Positions 1 to 8,633 of a DNA stretch of 9,834 bases are shown one piece after another (within the stretch, counting starts at the first letter, position 1; the number at the start of each line of letters is the position of its first letter). Made by a program: the position numbers and the translations under genes. Source of the stretch: Octopus sinensis (Eukaryota). Location: NCBI RefSeq assembly GCF_006345805.1, contig NW_021827816.1, positions 1 to 9,834 of the forward strand, written 5' to 3'. The notes under the pieces were generated by a model. The model saw only the letters and a list, made by a program, of their open reading frames with translations, was not told the origin of the DNA and did not search any database.

Positions 1-127
1 ATTATTATTCCGTTTTTGGACTGGTTGGAGCAGGAGGATACACGTGGATGGAAAGGGTCGCTGGAGAGGTCACAGATGTGTGACGAACAATTTCCAGACA
101 ATGGGTATAAGACAAAATAAGAACAAT

Positions 128-556
128 AATAAACGAGTGAAGAAAGACGGTGAGCTGGCAGAAACGTTAGCCCGCCGGGCGAAATGCTTTGTGGTATTTC
201 GTCTGTCGTTACGTTCTGAGTTCAAATTCCGCCGAGGTCGACTTTGCCTTTCATCCTTTCGGGGTCGATTAAATAAGTACCAGTTACGCACTGGGGTCCA
301 TATAATCGACTTAATCCGTTTGTCTGTCCTTGCTTGTCCTCTCTATGTTTAGCCCCTTGTGGGTAGTAAAGAAATAGGTATTTCGTCTGTCTTTACGTTC
401 TGAGTTCATATTCCGCCGAGGTCGACTTTGTCTTTCGTCTTTCGGGGTTTATATATTAAGTACCAGTTGTGTACTGGGGTCGATATAATCGACTGACCCC
501 TCCATAGAAAGTTCGGGTCTTGTGCCCCGAGTAGAAAAGAATAAACGAGTGAAGAA
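128..556 (+). repeat. 17-bp target-site duplication (128-144 / 540-556)
   Basis: AATAAACGAGTGAAGAA read directly at both positions, with no mismatch. Confidence 0.95.
145..539 (+). mobile_element. SINE-like retroposon, family A, dimeric, flanked by a 17-bp target-site duplication
   Basis: Exact direct repeat AATAAACGAGTGAAGAA at 128-144 and 540-556. The head has an A-box-like AGCTGGCAGAAACG and a B-box-like GAGTTCAAATTCC. The core is internally duplicated (193-311 and 377-494) and the end is A-rich (AGAAAAGA). A diverged related copy lies at 1125-1342 (-). Confidence 0.85.
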
Positions 557-617
557 CGAATACATAGCGCGTATGTTTATCTGGCAAAGAAAATGACCAT
601 CCCGAAATATAACAATA

Positions 618-891
618 TTCTTTTACATGTTTCAGTGATTTGACTGCGGCCATGCTGGAGCACCTTCATGGTGCACCTTTAGTAAAAGAAATCAATCCCT
701 AAGACTTATTCTTTGAAAGCCTAGTACTTATTCTGTCTGCCTCTTTTGTTGAACCGCTAAGTTACAGTGACGTAAACACACCAACATCGGTTGTCAAGCG
801 ATGGTGGGGGACAAATACAGACACAAAGACAAATACACATAAATATATATGTATGTGTGTGTATATACATATATGCAAACACATACATACC

Positions 892-970
<79 letters not shown>

Positions 971-1052
971 TATATATATACAACGGGCTTCCTTCAGTTT
1001 CTGTATACCAAATCCACTCACAAGGCTTTGGTCGGCCTGAGGCTATAGTAGA
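618..1052 (-). mobile_element. SINE-like retroposon, family B, lacking the tRNA head, with an internal (TA)/(TG) microsatellite
   Basis: Shares GACTGCGGCCATGCTGGAGCACC, TACTTATTCT, GAACCGCTA and GTTGTCAAG blocks with 9155-9446 and (in part) 6095-6308, and in reverse complement with 8978-9128. Microsatellite at about 841-980. Confidence 0.8.
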
Positions 1053-1124
1053 TATGATCTGAGGAAGATTTAGCTACTCTTTCTAGAACGTCAAGCAACC
1101 GCACACAGGAGCCCTCACTAGCTC

Positions 1125-1342
1125 ATAATTCTTTCTTCTATAATCACGAGGCTCAAAATTTTGGATAAAGGGGCCAGTCGATTATATCGAGGCCAGTGCT
1201 CAACTAGGGACTTGTTTTATCATTTTGGAAAGGACGGAAGGCCAGAGACCTGGGCGAAATTTGAACACAGATCGTAATGAGCCAGAATAAATGCCAATAG
1301 ACATTTTCTCCGGCGAGGTAAGGATTCAGCAAGCTTCTCACT
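1125..1342 (-). mobile_element. Older monomeric copy of SINE family A
   Basis: The reverse complement reads ...GTTCAAATTTCGCCCAGGTC...GCCTTCCGTCCTTTC...GATAAAACAAGT...CACTGGCCTCGATATAATCGACTGGCCCC...AGAAGAAAGAAT. This is colinear with the head and second monomer of 145-539. Confidence 0.75.
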
Positions 1343-1396
1343 TTTGGATCAAAATTCATATGGGTTACATGTATCGTATAATGTTTGGGGCAAGTG

Positions 1397-1521
1397 CAGG
1401 GTGGGGCCCAAAAGTCAAAGAGGGGTCGAAAAGTTTAATAAATTTGTTTTAATTACATTTTTTTTATTTGTATTTCATAAAATGTGACTTTTCACTCATT
1501 GTATATCTCTTTTATTTATAT

Positions 1522-1560
<39 letters not shown>

Positions 1561-1821
1561 AAAGTATATGTTATAATAGTATCCCACATATACAAAAGCA
1601 GCCATACTAACAATCCAACAAACCAACATACCCCCATCATCAGCTGCCCCACAGATATCATTATGGTTTCGACACATGGGCAGTACCATTCAATGCAGCG
1701 GTGTCAACAGCACTAAAATAAGTGCTGTTTGGTGCTAAGTTATCGTAAATTTTAAACAGCATAAATGAATTATTAACACCTTTTTGACTTTTGGATCACC
1801 TGTGACTTTTGGGTCACCCTG
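1397..1821. mobile_element. Non-autonomous Tc1/mariner-type DNA transposon (MITE-like) with imperfect TIRs
   Basis: Left end CAGGGTGGGGCCCAAAAGTCA versus right-end reverse complement CAGGGTGACCCAAAAGTCA. TA at 1822-1823 and TG at 1395-1396 (possibly a mutated TA TSD). No transposase inside; (TA)n at 1525-1558. Confidence 0.65.
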
Positions 1822-2192
1822 TAGTTCCTGGCTCGGCTCAACATGAAGCCGCATAGTTTCATGATAAGTTTGTCGGCAGCTGAATAGGCAAACCTTCTAT
1901 AGAATTTACTACTTAGGAGTGTTCGACGGAGCACAACATGACTGTAGATAAAAAAAAACTGTCGAAATAATGGCAGAGGATGCCATCGTTCATTGACGTA
2001 CTGAAAGAAGACACCAAGGTAGCAATGTTGGAGTTACAGGAGATTCGAAGGTCAAAGAACTGTGATGATAGAACTTGCAGACTCATTCCTTCACACAAAT
2101 AAAATTCACAAACGAATAGCCTCGGGCTTGATGAAGGTCCCTTGAAAATATCCTCGCAAAACGAGGAAAGGCAAAGTGAATGAGGGGATCAG

Positions 2193-2284
2193 TGAGAGAG
2201 AAAGAGAGTGCGTCAGTTAGAAGGAGAGGAAGAGAGGGATAGATATAGTGTCAAATGGACAGAGAGAGAGACACAGAGAGAGAG
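2193..2284. repeat. GA-rich degenerate microsatellite
   Basis: Interrupted (GA)n tracts seen directly. Confidence 0.75.
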
Positions 2285-2462
2285 CGAAAGTGAGATGTAC
2301 CATAAAATTGTTGTCACTTATTCACTGTACATAGTCCATCTAGCCGTAACAAGAGACCAAGGGGATGTGAAAATGATTGCTGCTATGAAGATCGTTGGGA
2401 ATGTGGTACAACAAAGGCAGTGTGTTTCCACAGATTCCGACAGACTCTGCTCATTGATCTAA

Positions 2463-2469
2463 ACACACA

Positions 2470-2553
<84 letters not shown>

Positions 2554-2586
2554 CACTCTCTCTCTCACACACACACATACACACAC
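2463..2586. repeat. (CA)n microsatellite with a short (CT)n interruption
   Basis: Seen directly. Confidence 0.97.
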
Positions 2587-2722
2587 CTGTACAGTGATAT
2601 ACACACAATTATGGTTTAGAATAGACGAAACCTGTGATAAACAGAGAAAAAAAACCCAAACTAATACGCATTCCCTGGGGCAGACTAGGCTCTCAATCAC
2701 TTAACGCCTGGAAAAATATACC

Positions 2723-2843
<121 letters not shown>

Positions 2844-3002
2844 GTAAAACGAATCAAAGCAAAAAATATACAAGAGAAAAAGAAAAAAAACCTACAGCAA
2901 CCTTCCATAACCTTCCATGATAAAATAAAAATATATAAAAAAAAAACTACTGATAGATAAAATGAGATATAGATAATATCATAAAATAAAATAATAATAA
3001 TT

Positions 3003-3088
3003 CATACATATGCATTATACATACATACACACACATACATACACAACCACACACATACATACATATATACATACATATATACATATAC

Positions 3089-3131
<43 letters not shown>

Positions 3132-3345
3132 ATATATGTATATATATATACATACAAACACCTATATATATAATAAATGTATATTTATATATACATACAT
3201 TTATATATATATGCATATATATATACCTATATATATATGCACATATATATATATGTATATAAAAAATTGTTTATATATATATGTATGCATATATATATAT
3301 ATATATATGTGTGTATATATAAATATATATGTGTGTGTGTGTGTG
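3003..3345. repeat. Compound (CATA)/(TA)/(TG) microsatellite
   Basis: Seen directly. Confidence 0.92.
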
Positions 3346-3489
3346 TTATATGTTGGAAGAAAAGGTTGGATAATTATAGGCTGCCCACCCCTCCCACCCC
3401 TTCCACCGCTGATAAAAAAAGTTAGAAACTATTTTCTGATAAACACCAACACCTTCATTCGGATATACAAATGCATTGGCACGTTCACA

Positions 3490-3895
3490 CGGATACACAA
3501 TGTATGCACAAACACATACACGCACACACACATATACACGCGCACACGTGCACATATACACATACAAATTTACACATTTGCAAATGCACGTACTCATATA
3601 AACACACGCGCTGACATTCACACACACACAAAAGTTGTTACACATACATCTGCACAGATTTACTCTAAAGGTAGCGTACATGTTTGCGCATGCGCAGATT
3701 CAAATATTCCCATACAGAGATGAACACCTTACCATACATAAATGCATACGTACATATATATACACACGATTTTCACACCAAGGTCATACATATTACAAGA
3801 GAAAGTCATACTTAAGTTTACACATTCCAACACACATAAATACACAAAAATAGCTCCACACATTCACACATACACACACAAGCACGCGCGTGCGC
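3490..3895. repeat. Degenerate CA-rich alternating purine-pyrimidine low-complexity tract
   Basis: Decayed ACAC/ACAT/ACGC units throughout. Confidence 0.7.
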
Positions 3896-3929
3896 TTAAC
3901 TGACATCCATAGACTACAAAAAATAGATG

Positions 3930-3934
<5 letters not shown>

Positions 3935-3977
<43 letters not shown>

Positions 3978-4235
3978 CAAGTATGTATATATGTATAAAC
4001 ACATATATATGTATAGATACATACAAACATACATACATGCCATACATCCCCATACATCTATCCATACATACATATTATATATATAGATATATGCATCTAT
4101 GTATATATATATATTACAATAAATAGATATATATATATATATACTATATATATATATATGCATATATATACATACATATACATATATATATATATATATC
4201 TATGTATACATTCATACACATATACACACACACAC

Positions 4236-4268
<33 letters not shown>

Positions 4269-4385
4269 AATGTATATTATATTCATACACACACATATAT
4301 ATATATATATAGATAGATAGATATTATGTGTATATATGTATATCTATAGATCTATATATATATTTATATGTATGTATAAACATGT
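3935..4385. repeat. Compound (TA)/(CA)/(TAGA) microsatellite
   Basis: Seen directly. Confidence 0.92.
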
Positions 4386-4599
4386 AAAAAAATATTCTAA
4401 ATGTTTTCCTTACCAAATTTAGAAATGATTTTTGGTAATAAAATTACCGTGAGATGGTACCGACTTCTGTTGAATTTTTTGGTTGGTGTTTCTTGCTTTT
4501 CTTTATTGCTGCTGTTGTTGTATTTGTTAATGGCGTCCATGGCTACCTTTTTCTTTTTTTTTCTGTCCCCTTTAATATGTCTGCTCTCCCATTATCTAT

Positions 4600-4664
4600 G
4601 TTATATCTCTGTATCCGTCTATCTGTCTGTATGTCTGTCGGTCTGTCTGTTTGTCTGTCTCTCA

Positions 4665-4697
<33 letters not shown>

Positions 4698-4758
4698 AAT
4701 CTATCTCTATAATATATATATGTATATGTATATAAGTATATATACACATAAATATAAG

Positions 4759-4797
<39 letters not shown>

Positions 4798-4900
4798 GTA
4801 AATATATGGTACAACGAAGTACCGATATATGCATACACACATATACGTATATATATATATGTCCGTTCGTCCATATATACGTATGCATAAACGTATCTAT
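4600..4900. repeat. Compound (TCTG)/(TCTA)/(TA) microsatellite
   Basis: Seen directly; the motif grades from TCTG to TCTA to TA. Confidence 0.9.
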
Positions 4901-5021
4901 ATTCACATGTATCTACCTGTCATGTATGTCAGAACTCCAGAATTCTTTATTTTGATACTGAAGAACCATGTTACATGAAAAATGTGATACTATTTATCGC
5001 CCTCATATATATCCACACCTG

Positions 5022-5041
5022 CACACACACACACACACACA

Positions 5042-5085
<44 letters not shown>

Positions 5086-5144
5086 ATATTTATATACATA
5101 CACATCAAGAATATTATTATAATCATTATCATCATCTTCATTAC

Positions 5145-5184
<40 letters not shown>

Positions 5185-5292
5185 GCAATCATCATCCTTA
5201 TCATCCTCATCATCATGATCATCAACATCATAGTCATCATCATCATCATCATTATCATTATTACTGATGTTATTCTTATTGTTGTTGTTGTT
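5022..5292. repeat. (CA)n followed by an (ATT)/(ATC)/(GTT) trinucleotide compound microsatellite
   Basis: Seen directly; it explains the poly-H/Y/I/N/D/M ORFs in the track. Confidence 0.93.
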
Positions 5293-5374
5293 GTAGCTAT
5301 TATTTTCAATACCGGAATCCAAGCCAAATTTGTGGTGCAAGCAATAAAACAGTTCAAAATGACACACAATTTTT

Positions 5375-5398
5375 ATCGATACATCGATACATCGATAC
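5375..5398. repeat. (ATCGATAC)x3 tandem repeat
   Basis: Three exact 8-bp units. Confidence 0.9.
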
Positions 5399-5507
5399 AG
5401 TCAATCATGGACCTTCGATTTCCCATTTATTTTTAAGTTCTTTGAAGTGGAAATGCAGGCATTTTTTTTCTCTAAAATTTAACGACCCGTGACCTGCTTT
5501 GATGAGA

Positions 5508-5543
5508 TAATAACAACAATAGTAGTAATATTACTATTACTAG

Positions 5544-5622
<79 letters not shown>

Positions 5623-5661
5623 CATTTTAATTTTTATTAGTTGTAGTAGTAGCAGTAGTGG
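5508..5661. repeat. (ATT)n/(AGT)n microsatellite
   Basis: Seen directly. Confidence 0.93.
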
Positions 5662-6094
5662 TAGGAATGGTACTATTGATATCTTTATTGGTCACAAGGG
5701 CTTACGTATGTAATACAAAGCACGCCATGCATTATATGACATGTGGCTGATGTACATGTTTATAACATGGGGTCGTAAAACATGCGGGTACTGTGCACGT
5801 ACATTTAATATAGGTGTGGCAGAAGTTGTAACTATACCCGAGAGGCAGGTTTAAAATGTGGTATCTTAGACTCTTATGCACAAAGAAGTGACACTCACGT
5901 CGAAAGGATGAAAATGAACTACCTTGAGCATAATTTTTTTGCATATTTGATGCCTTGTTCCGACTGATACGTAATGGTGGGTTTTATAAAAGGCGCCCTC
6001 AGCCTTGGGGGGTGGGGCTACTGAATAAAGGTGCAATTATTTTAGGCTTCTGTCGATATGCCTTTAATTGTTTGAGTCGTTTGATAGACTATTA

Positions 6095-6232
6095 TTCGAT
6101 TTGTCTCAGTCATTAGACTGCAGCCATCCTGGGGCATTGCTTTGATGAGTTGCCAGTGGAATGAATCAACCAACACCGGTTGCCAAGCTGTGATGGGGTA
6201 AAACACTGACACACACACACACCCACAGACGC

Positions 6233-6292
<60 letters not shown>

Positions 6293-6308
6293 AGTCGATG
6301 AGGGCTTT
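6095..6308 (-). mobile_element. Degraded, internally deleted copy of SINE family B
   Basis: CAGTCATTAGACTGCAGCCATCCTGGGGCA and CAACACCGGTTGCCAAGCTGTGATGGGG match blocks in 618-1052, but about 80 bp between them are missing. It is followed by the same CA/TA microsatellite position. Confidence 0.7.
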
Positions 6309-6329
6309 ACCAAAGAGGAATGTTTCTCT

Positions 6330-7120
6330 TCATTTCCTTTCAGTCTCGTCCCACCAACAACCTCCATTGTCGACATTGATTTTAGCCGATGCAACCGACT
6401 CATATTCCTTTACAATGAAGCCGACCGTCTCCACTTCGGAGGTGTCTGATACTATGACGGTGACGTCTTCCGCATATGCAGCCATTGCCCTCCCGAGTCC
6501 AATTTCGAAAGGTAGACTGTTCCACTGTTCCAACTTCTGCAGCAGTGGCTCGAGAGCCAGCACATACAGAAGAGGTGGCAGCGGACAGCCCTGACGGACC
6601 GAACGTGCGATACTAATCGGTTCCGATAAGTGGCCATTTATTTTGACCACCGAGCAGGTGCCGCTGTGCATTACAGCAATCCAGCCTTTGAAAACGGGTC
6701 CGAAACCAGCCGCTGTAAGGACAGCTTCAAAGTAGCGATGGTATGTCCTATCGAAAGCTTTCGACTGACCTAAATTGATCAAGGCCTCACCGAAGCCGGC
6801 TGTAGTCCCAGTCCTCGCTACGATGTATCGCAGAAGGTGGAGGTTGTCATGGATAGAACTGCTCGGGATTGCGCACGTTTGTGCCTCTCCGACCAAACTA
6901 CCAACGATAAGTGCCAACCTTTTCGCTAACACCTTGGCCAAAATCTTAAACTATGGGTTTAGCAGAGTTATGGGCCGAAAATTCCCTAGCACGTCCCCAT
7001 TGTCGGTGTCCTTTCTCAGCGGTGTTACTCCACCCCGGCTAACAGCACTAGGAATTCTCCCGCTCTGCTGCCAGTTACTGTAGACATTTACCAAGAGGCT
7101 GCCTAACAAATCTGGCATGT
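6330..7120 (-). pseudogene. Non-LTR retrotransposon (L1/Tx1-clade-like) ORF2 reverse transcriptase fragment, inactive, truncated at both ends
   Basis: One frame from 7118 to 6330 reads MPDLLG...GRIPSAVSRGGVTPLRKD...NFRPITLLNP*FKILAKVLAKRL...QTCAIP...IHDNL...INLGQSKAFDR...SVRQGCPLPPLLYVLALEPLL...YAEDVTV...AKIN. These are canonical non-LTR RT motifs. There is an in-frame TAG at 6951-6953, and the catalytic motifs are altered (LDxxKAFD to LGQSKAFD, YADD to YAED). The clade call rests on recalled motif style. Confidence 0.93.
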
Positions 7121-7782
7121 AAACATGCCATGATTTGTGTTCTGGAGCAAAAAGCTTAATTTCATGTTGCTCCGGTTCACACTTTTGTCAAAAGTGTGTA
7201 ATCTTGCGACGGACCCTCGTCCTAGCCAGGGGAAAAGGGAAATTAATATGCTCCAGGGAAACCGGAAAACCAGATCTTCACTTCAGCAGTCTATGATGTT
7301 GATCAGCGTAAACTTGTTTCTCCAGGTGCCAAGTTCTAAGCCCACCATTTACTTGTAAAAAATATGTGCTTCTAAATTTTCGAGATGAACATTAGCATGA
7401 CAGAGATGTTATCCAAGTATCCAAACACGTGATCTCTCGTCTCTTATTGCGAGCTAAATGACCCTTGACACATCTAACATCTGCTGCAGTGTCTCGAGCG
7501 TCAAAGACGCACGGACAGATATTTCTTCGAACTTCTATTTCCATATATTTAAATCGTTTTAAGAGATTTCGTTTTCTATTTTCGAAAAAAGAAAACAAAA
7601 GAAAAGAAAAAAACAAAACAAAACAAGACAATAAAAGCTAGTGCAAAGCAAAGTATCTGTAGCTATTTTAGTCATTAATCTTAATTAAGTTGCCAACAGA
7701 CTAAATATAACATTGACAAATGGTACTTGATATCGTTGTAATTGCAAACGATAAGAAGAAAAAAAATGACAACAAAAATGGC

Positions 7783-7826
7783 GACAATAAATAGCAGCAG
7801 CAACAACAACAACAACAACGACAACA
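7783..7826. repeat. (CAG)/(CAA) trinucleotide repeat
   Basis: Seen directly. Confidence 0.85.
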
Positions 7827-7942
7827 AATGGACTGCAATAGTAAAGATAAACAATATGATTGACAAAAAGATAAAAAAAACCCAAACTAAGAAGAAATTT
7901 CAGTTTTTGAAAAATAATTCGCATGCCTATGTACGTATAAGT

Positions 7943-8251
7943 GGAGGCAGATGGCATAGTGGTTAGAGCAGCGGATACGCGGTCGAGGGATCGCGGGTTC
8001 GAATCTCAGACCGGGCGATGTGTGTGTTTATGAGCGAAAACACCTTCGCTCCACGCGACCCCAGGCAGAAGGTAATGGCGAACTTCTGCTGGCTCTTTCG
8101 CAACAGCTTTCTCTCACTCTTTCCTCCTGCATCTAGCAGCTCGCCTGCGATGGACGGGCGTCCCGCCAGGTGGGGAACTGTATGCCAATGAAACCGGGAA
8201 ACCAGCCATCAATGAGCCAGGCATGGCTAGAAACGGAAGAACAACAACAAC
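7943..8251 (+). mobile_element. tRNA-derived SINE, family C, near full length with an (AAC)n tail
   Basis: Pol III A box TGGCATAGTGG (7952-7962) and B box GGTTCGAATCT (7996-8006) at tRNA spacing. A tRNA-unrelated CpG-rich body includes CCTGCGATGGAC...GAAACCGGG...ATGAGCC and ends in (AAC)4. No clear TSD. Confidence 0.85.
7952..8006 (+). promoter_or_regulatory. RNA polymerase III type-2 internal promoter (A and B boxes) of the SINE
   Basis: Matches the TRGCNNARYGG and GGTTCGANTCY consensus. Confidence 0.75.
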
Positions 8252-8294
8252 ATCCACATATAAACATACATATTTATATACAACGAACTAGACA

Positions 8295-8580
8295 TTTTGT
8301 TTAGGACAGGTATAATTACCAACACAGGAACATGTATCATACTTCAAAAGGAAGCTGGTCCTCTGTGGATCACATCCCTACTTCTCAGCATAGTCACCAT
8401 TCCTCTCAATACCAATGTTCTACCTTTGAATGAGAGCATGTATCCCTGCCCTGTAAAATTCTGTTGACTGTTGTTTGAGCCACTTCTTCACAACAGTTTT
8501 CACTTCCTTGTCACTGGAATAATGTTTGCCTCTCAAACCCTCTTTCATGGGCCTGAAGAGATGATAGTCCAGTGGCGAGG
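8295..8580 (-). pseudogene. mariner transposase C-terminal fragment (coding 8580-8378) plus 3' non-coding remnant
   Basis: Translation SPLDYHLFRPMKEGLRGKHYSSDKEVKTVVKKWLKQQSTEFYRAGIHALIQR*NIGIERNGDYAEK* matches the mariner C-terminus pattern (AP.DYHLF...L.G..F...EV...V..W......FY..GI..L..RW..CI...GDY.EK). The premature TAG at 8420-8422 replaces the conserved Trp. No intact TIR was seen, and the 8295 boundary is approximate. Confidence 0.92.
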
Positions 8581-8612
8581 AAGTGAAAGTTGTAGTGAAG
8601 AAGTGGCTCAAA
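8474..8612. repeat. Inverted repeat, 35-bp arms (8474-8508 / 8578-8612), 32/35 identical, 69-bp spacer
   Basis: TTTGAGCCACTTCTTCACAACAGTTTTCACTTCCT versus the reverse complement of the right arm, TTTGAGCCACTTCTTCACTACAACTTTCACTTCCT. Confidence 0.93.
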
Positions 8613-8633
8613 GAAACTAAAAAAATCCCGTCG

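Noticed and set aside
44-352. 102-aa ORF and the overlapping minus-strand ORF
   Set aside because: They cross the TSD into SINE sequence and show no protein family features.
193-494. Direct repeats with a spacer, as a CRISPR-like array
   Set aside because: Only two ~119-bp units inside a TSD-flanked SINE, in a eukaryotic context with no cas genes.
2123-2156. Hammerhead-like CTTGATGAAGGTCCCTTGAAAATATC
   Set aside because: The core needs an extra base or a C3 substitution, stem II has a 2-nt loop, and stem I is only about 4 bp. It is a single copy and consistent with chance.
2899-2918. Tandem AACCTTCCAT x2
   Set aside because: An ordinary 10-bp slippage duplication with no element between the copies, so not a TSD.
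6298-7083. Plus-strand ORFs 6298-6594 and 6775-7083
   Set aside because: They are antisense shadows of the RT reading frame.
6330-7120. Retron, group II intron or DGR-type reverse transcriptase system
   Set aside because: The motifs (RPITLLN, KAFDR, RQGCPL) and context are those of a eukaryotic non-LTR element. It has a stop codon and altered catalytic residues, and there is no ncRNA or accessory gene.
7140-7560. Possible exon (acceptor-like TTGTTTCTCCAG near 7325) and a 7-bp inverted repeat at 7144-7173
   Set aside because: No recognisable peptide or matched donor, and the short stem is expected by chance. Left as unassigned unique sequence.
7943-8015. Functional tRNA gene
   Set aside because: A and B boxes are present, but there is no good acceptor stem and no oligo-T terminator after the tRNA region. 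It continues into a SINE body and tail.
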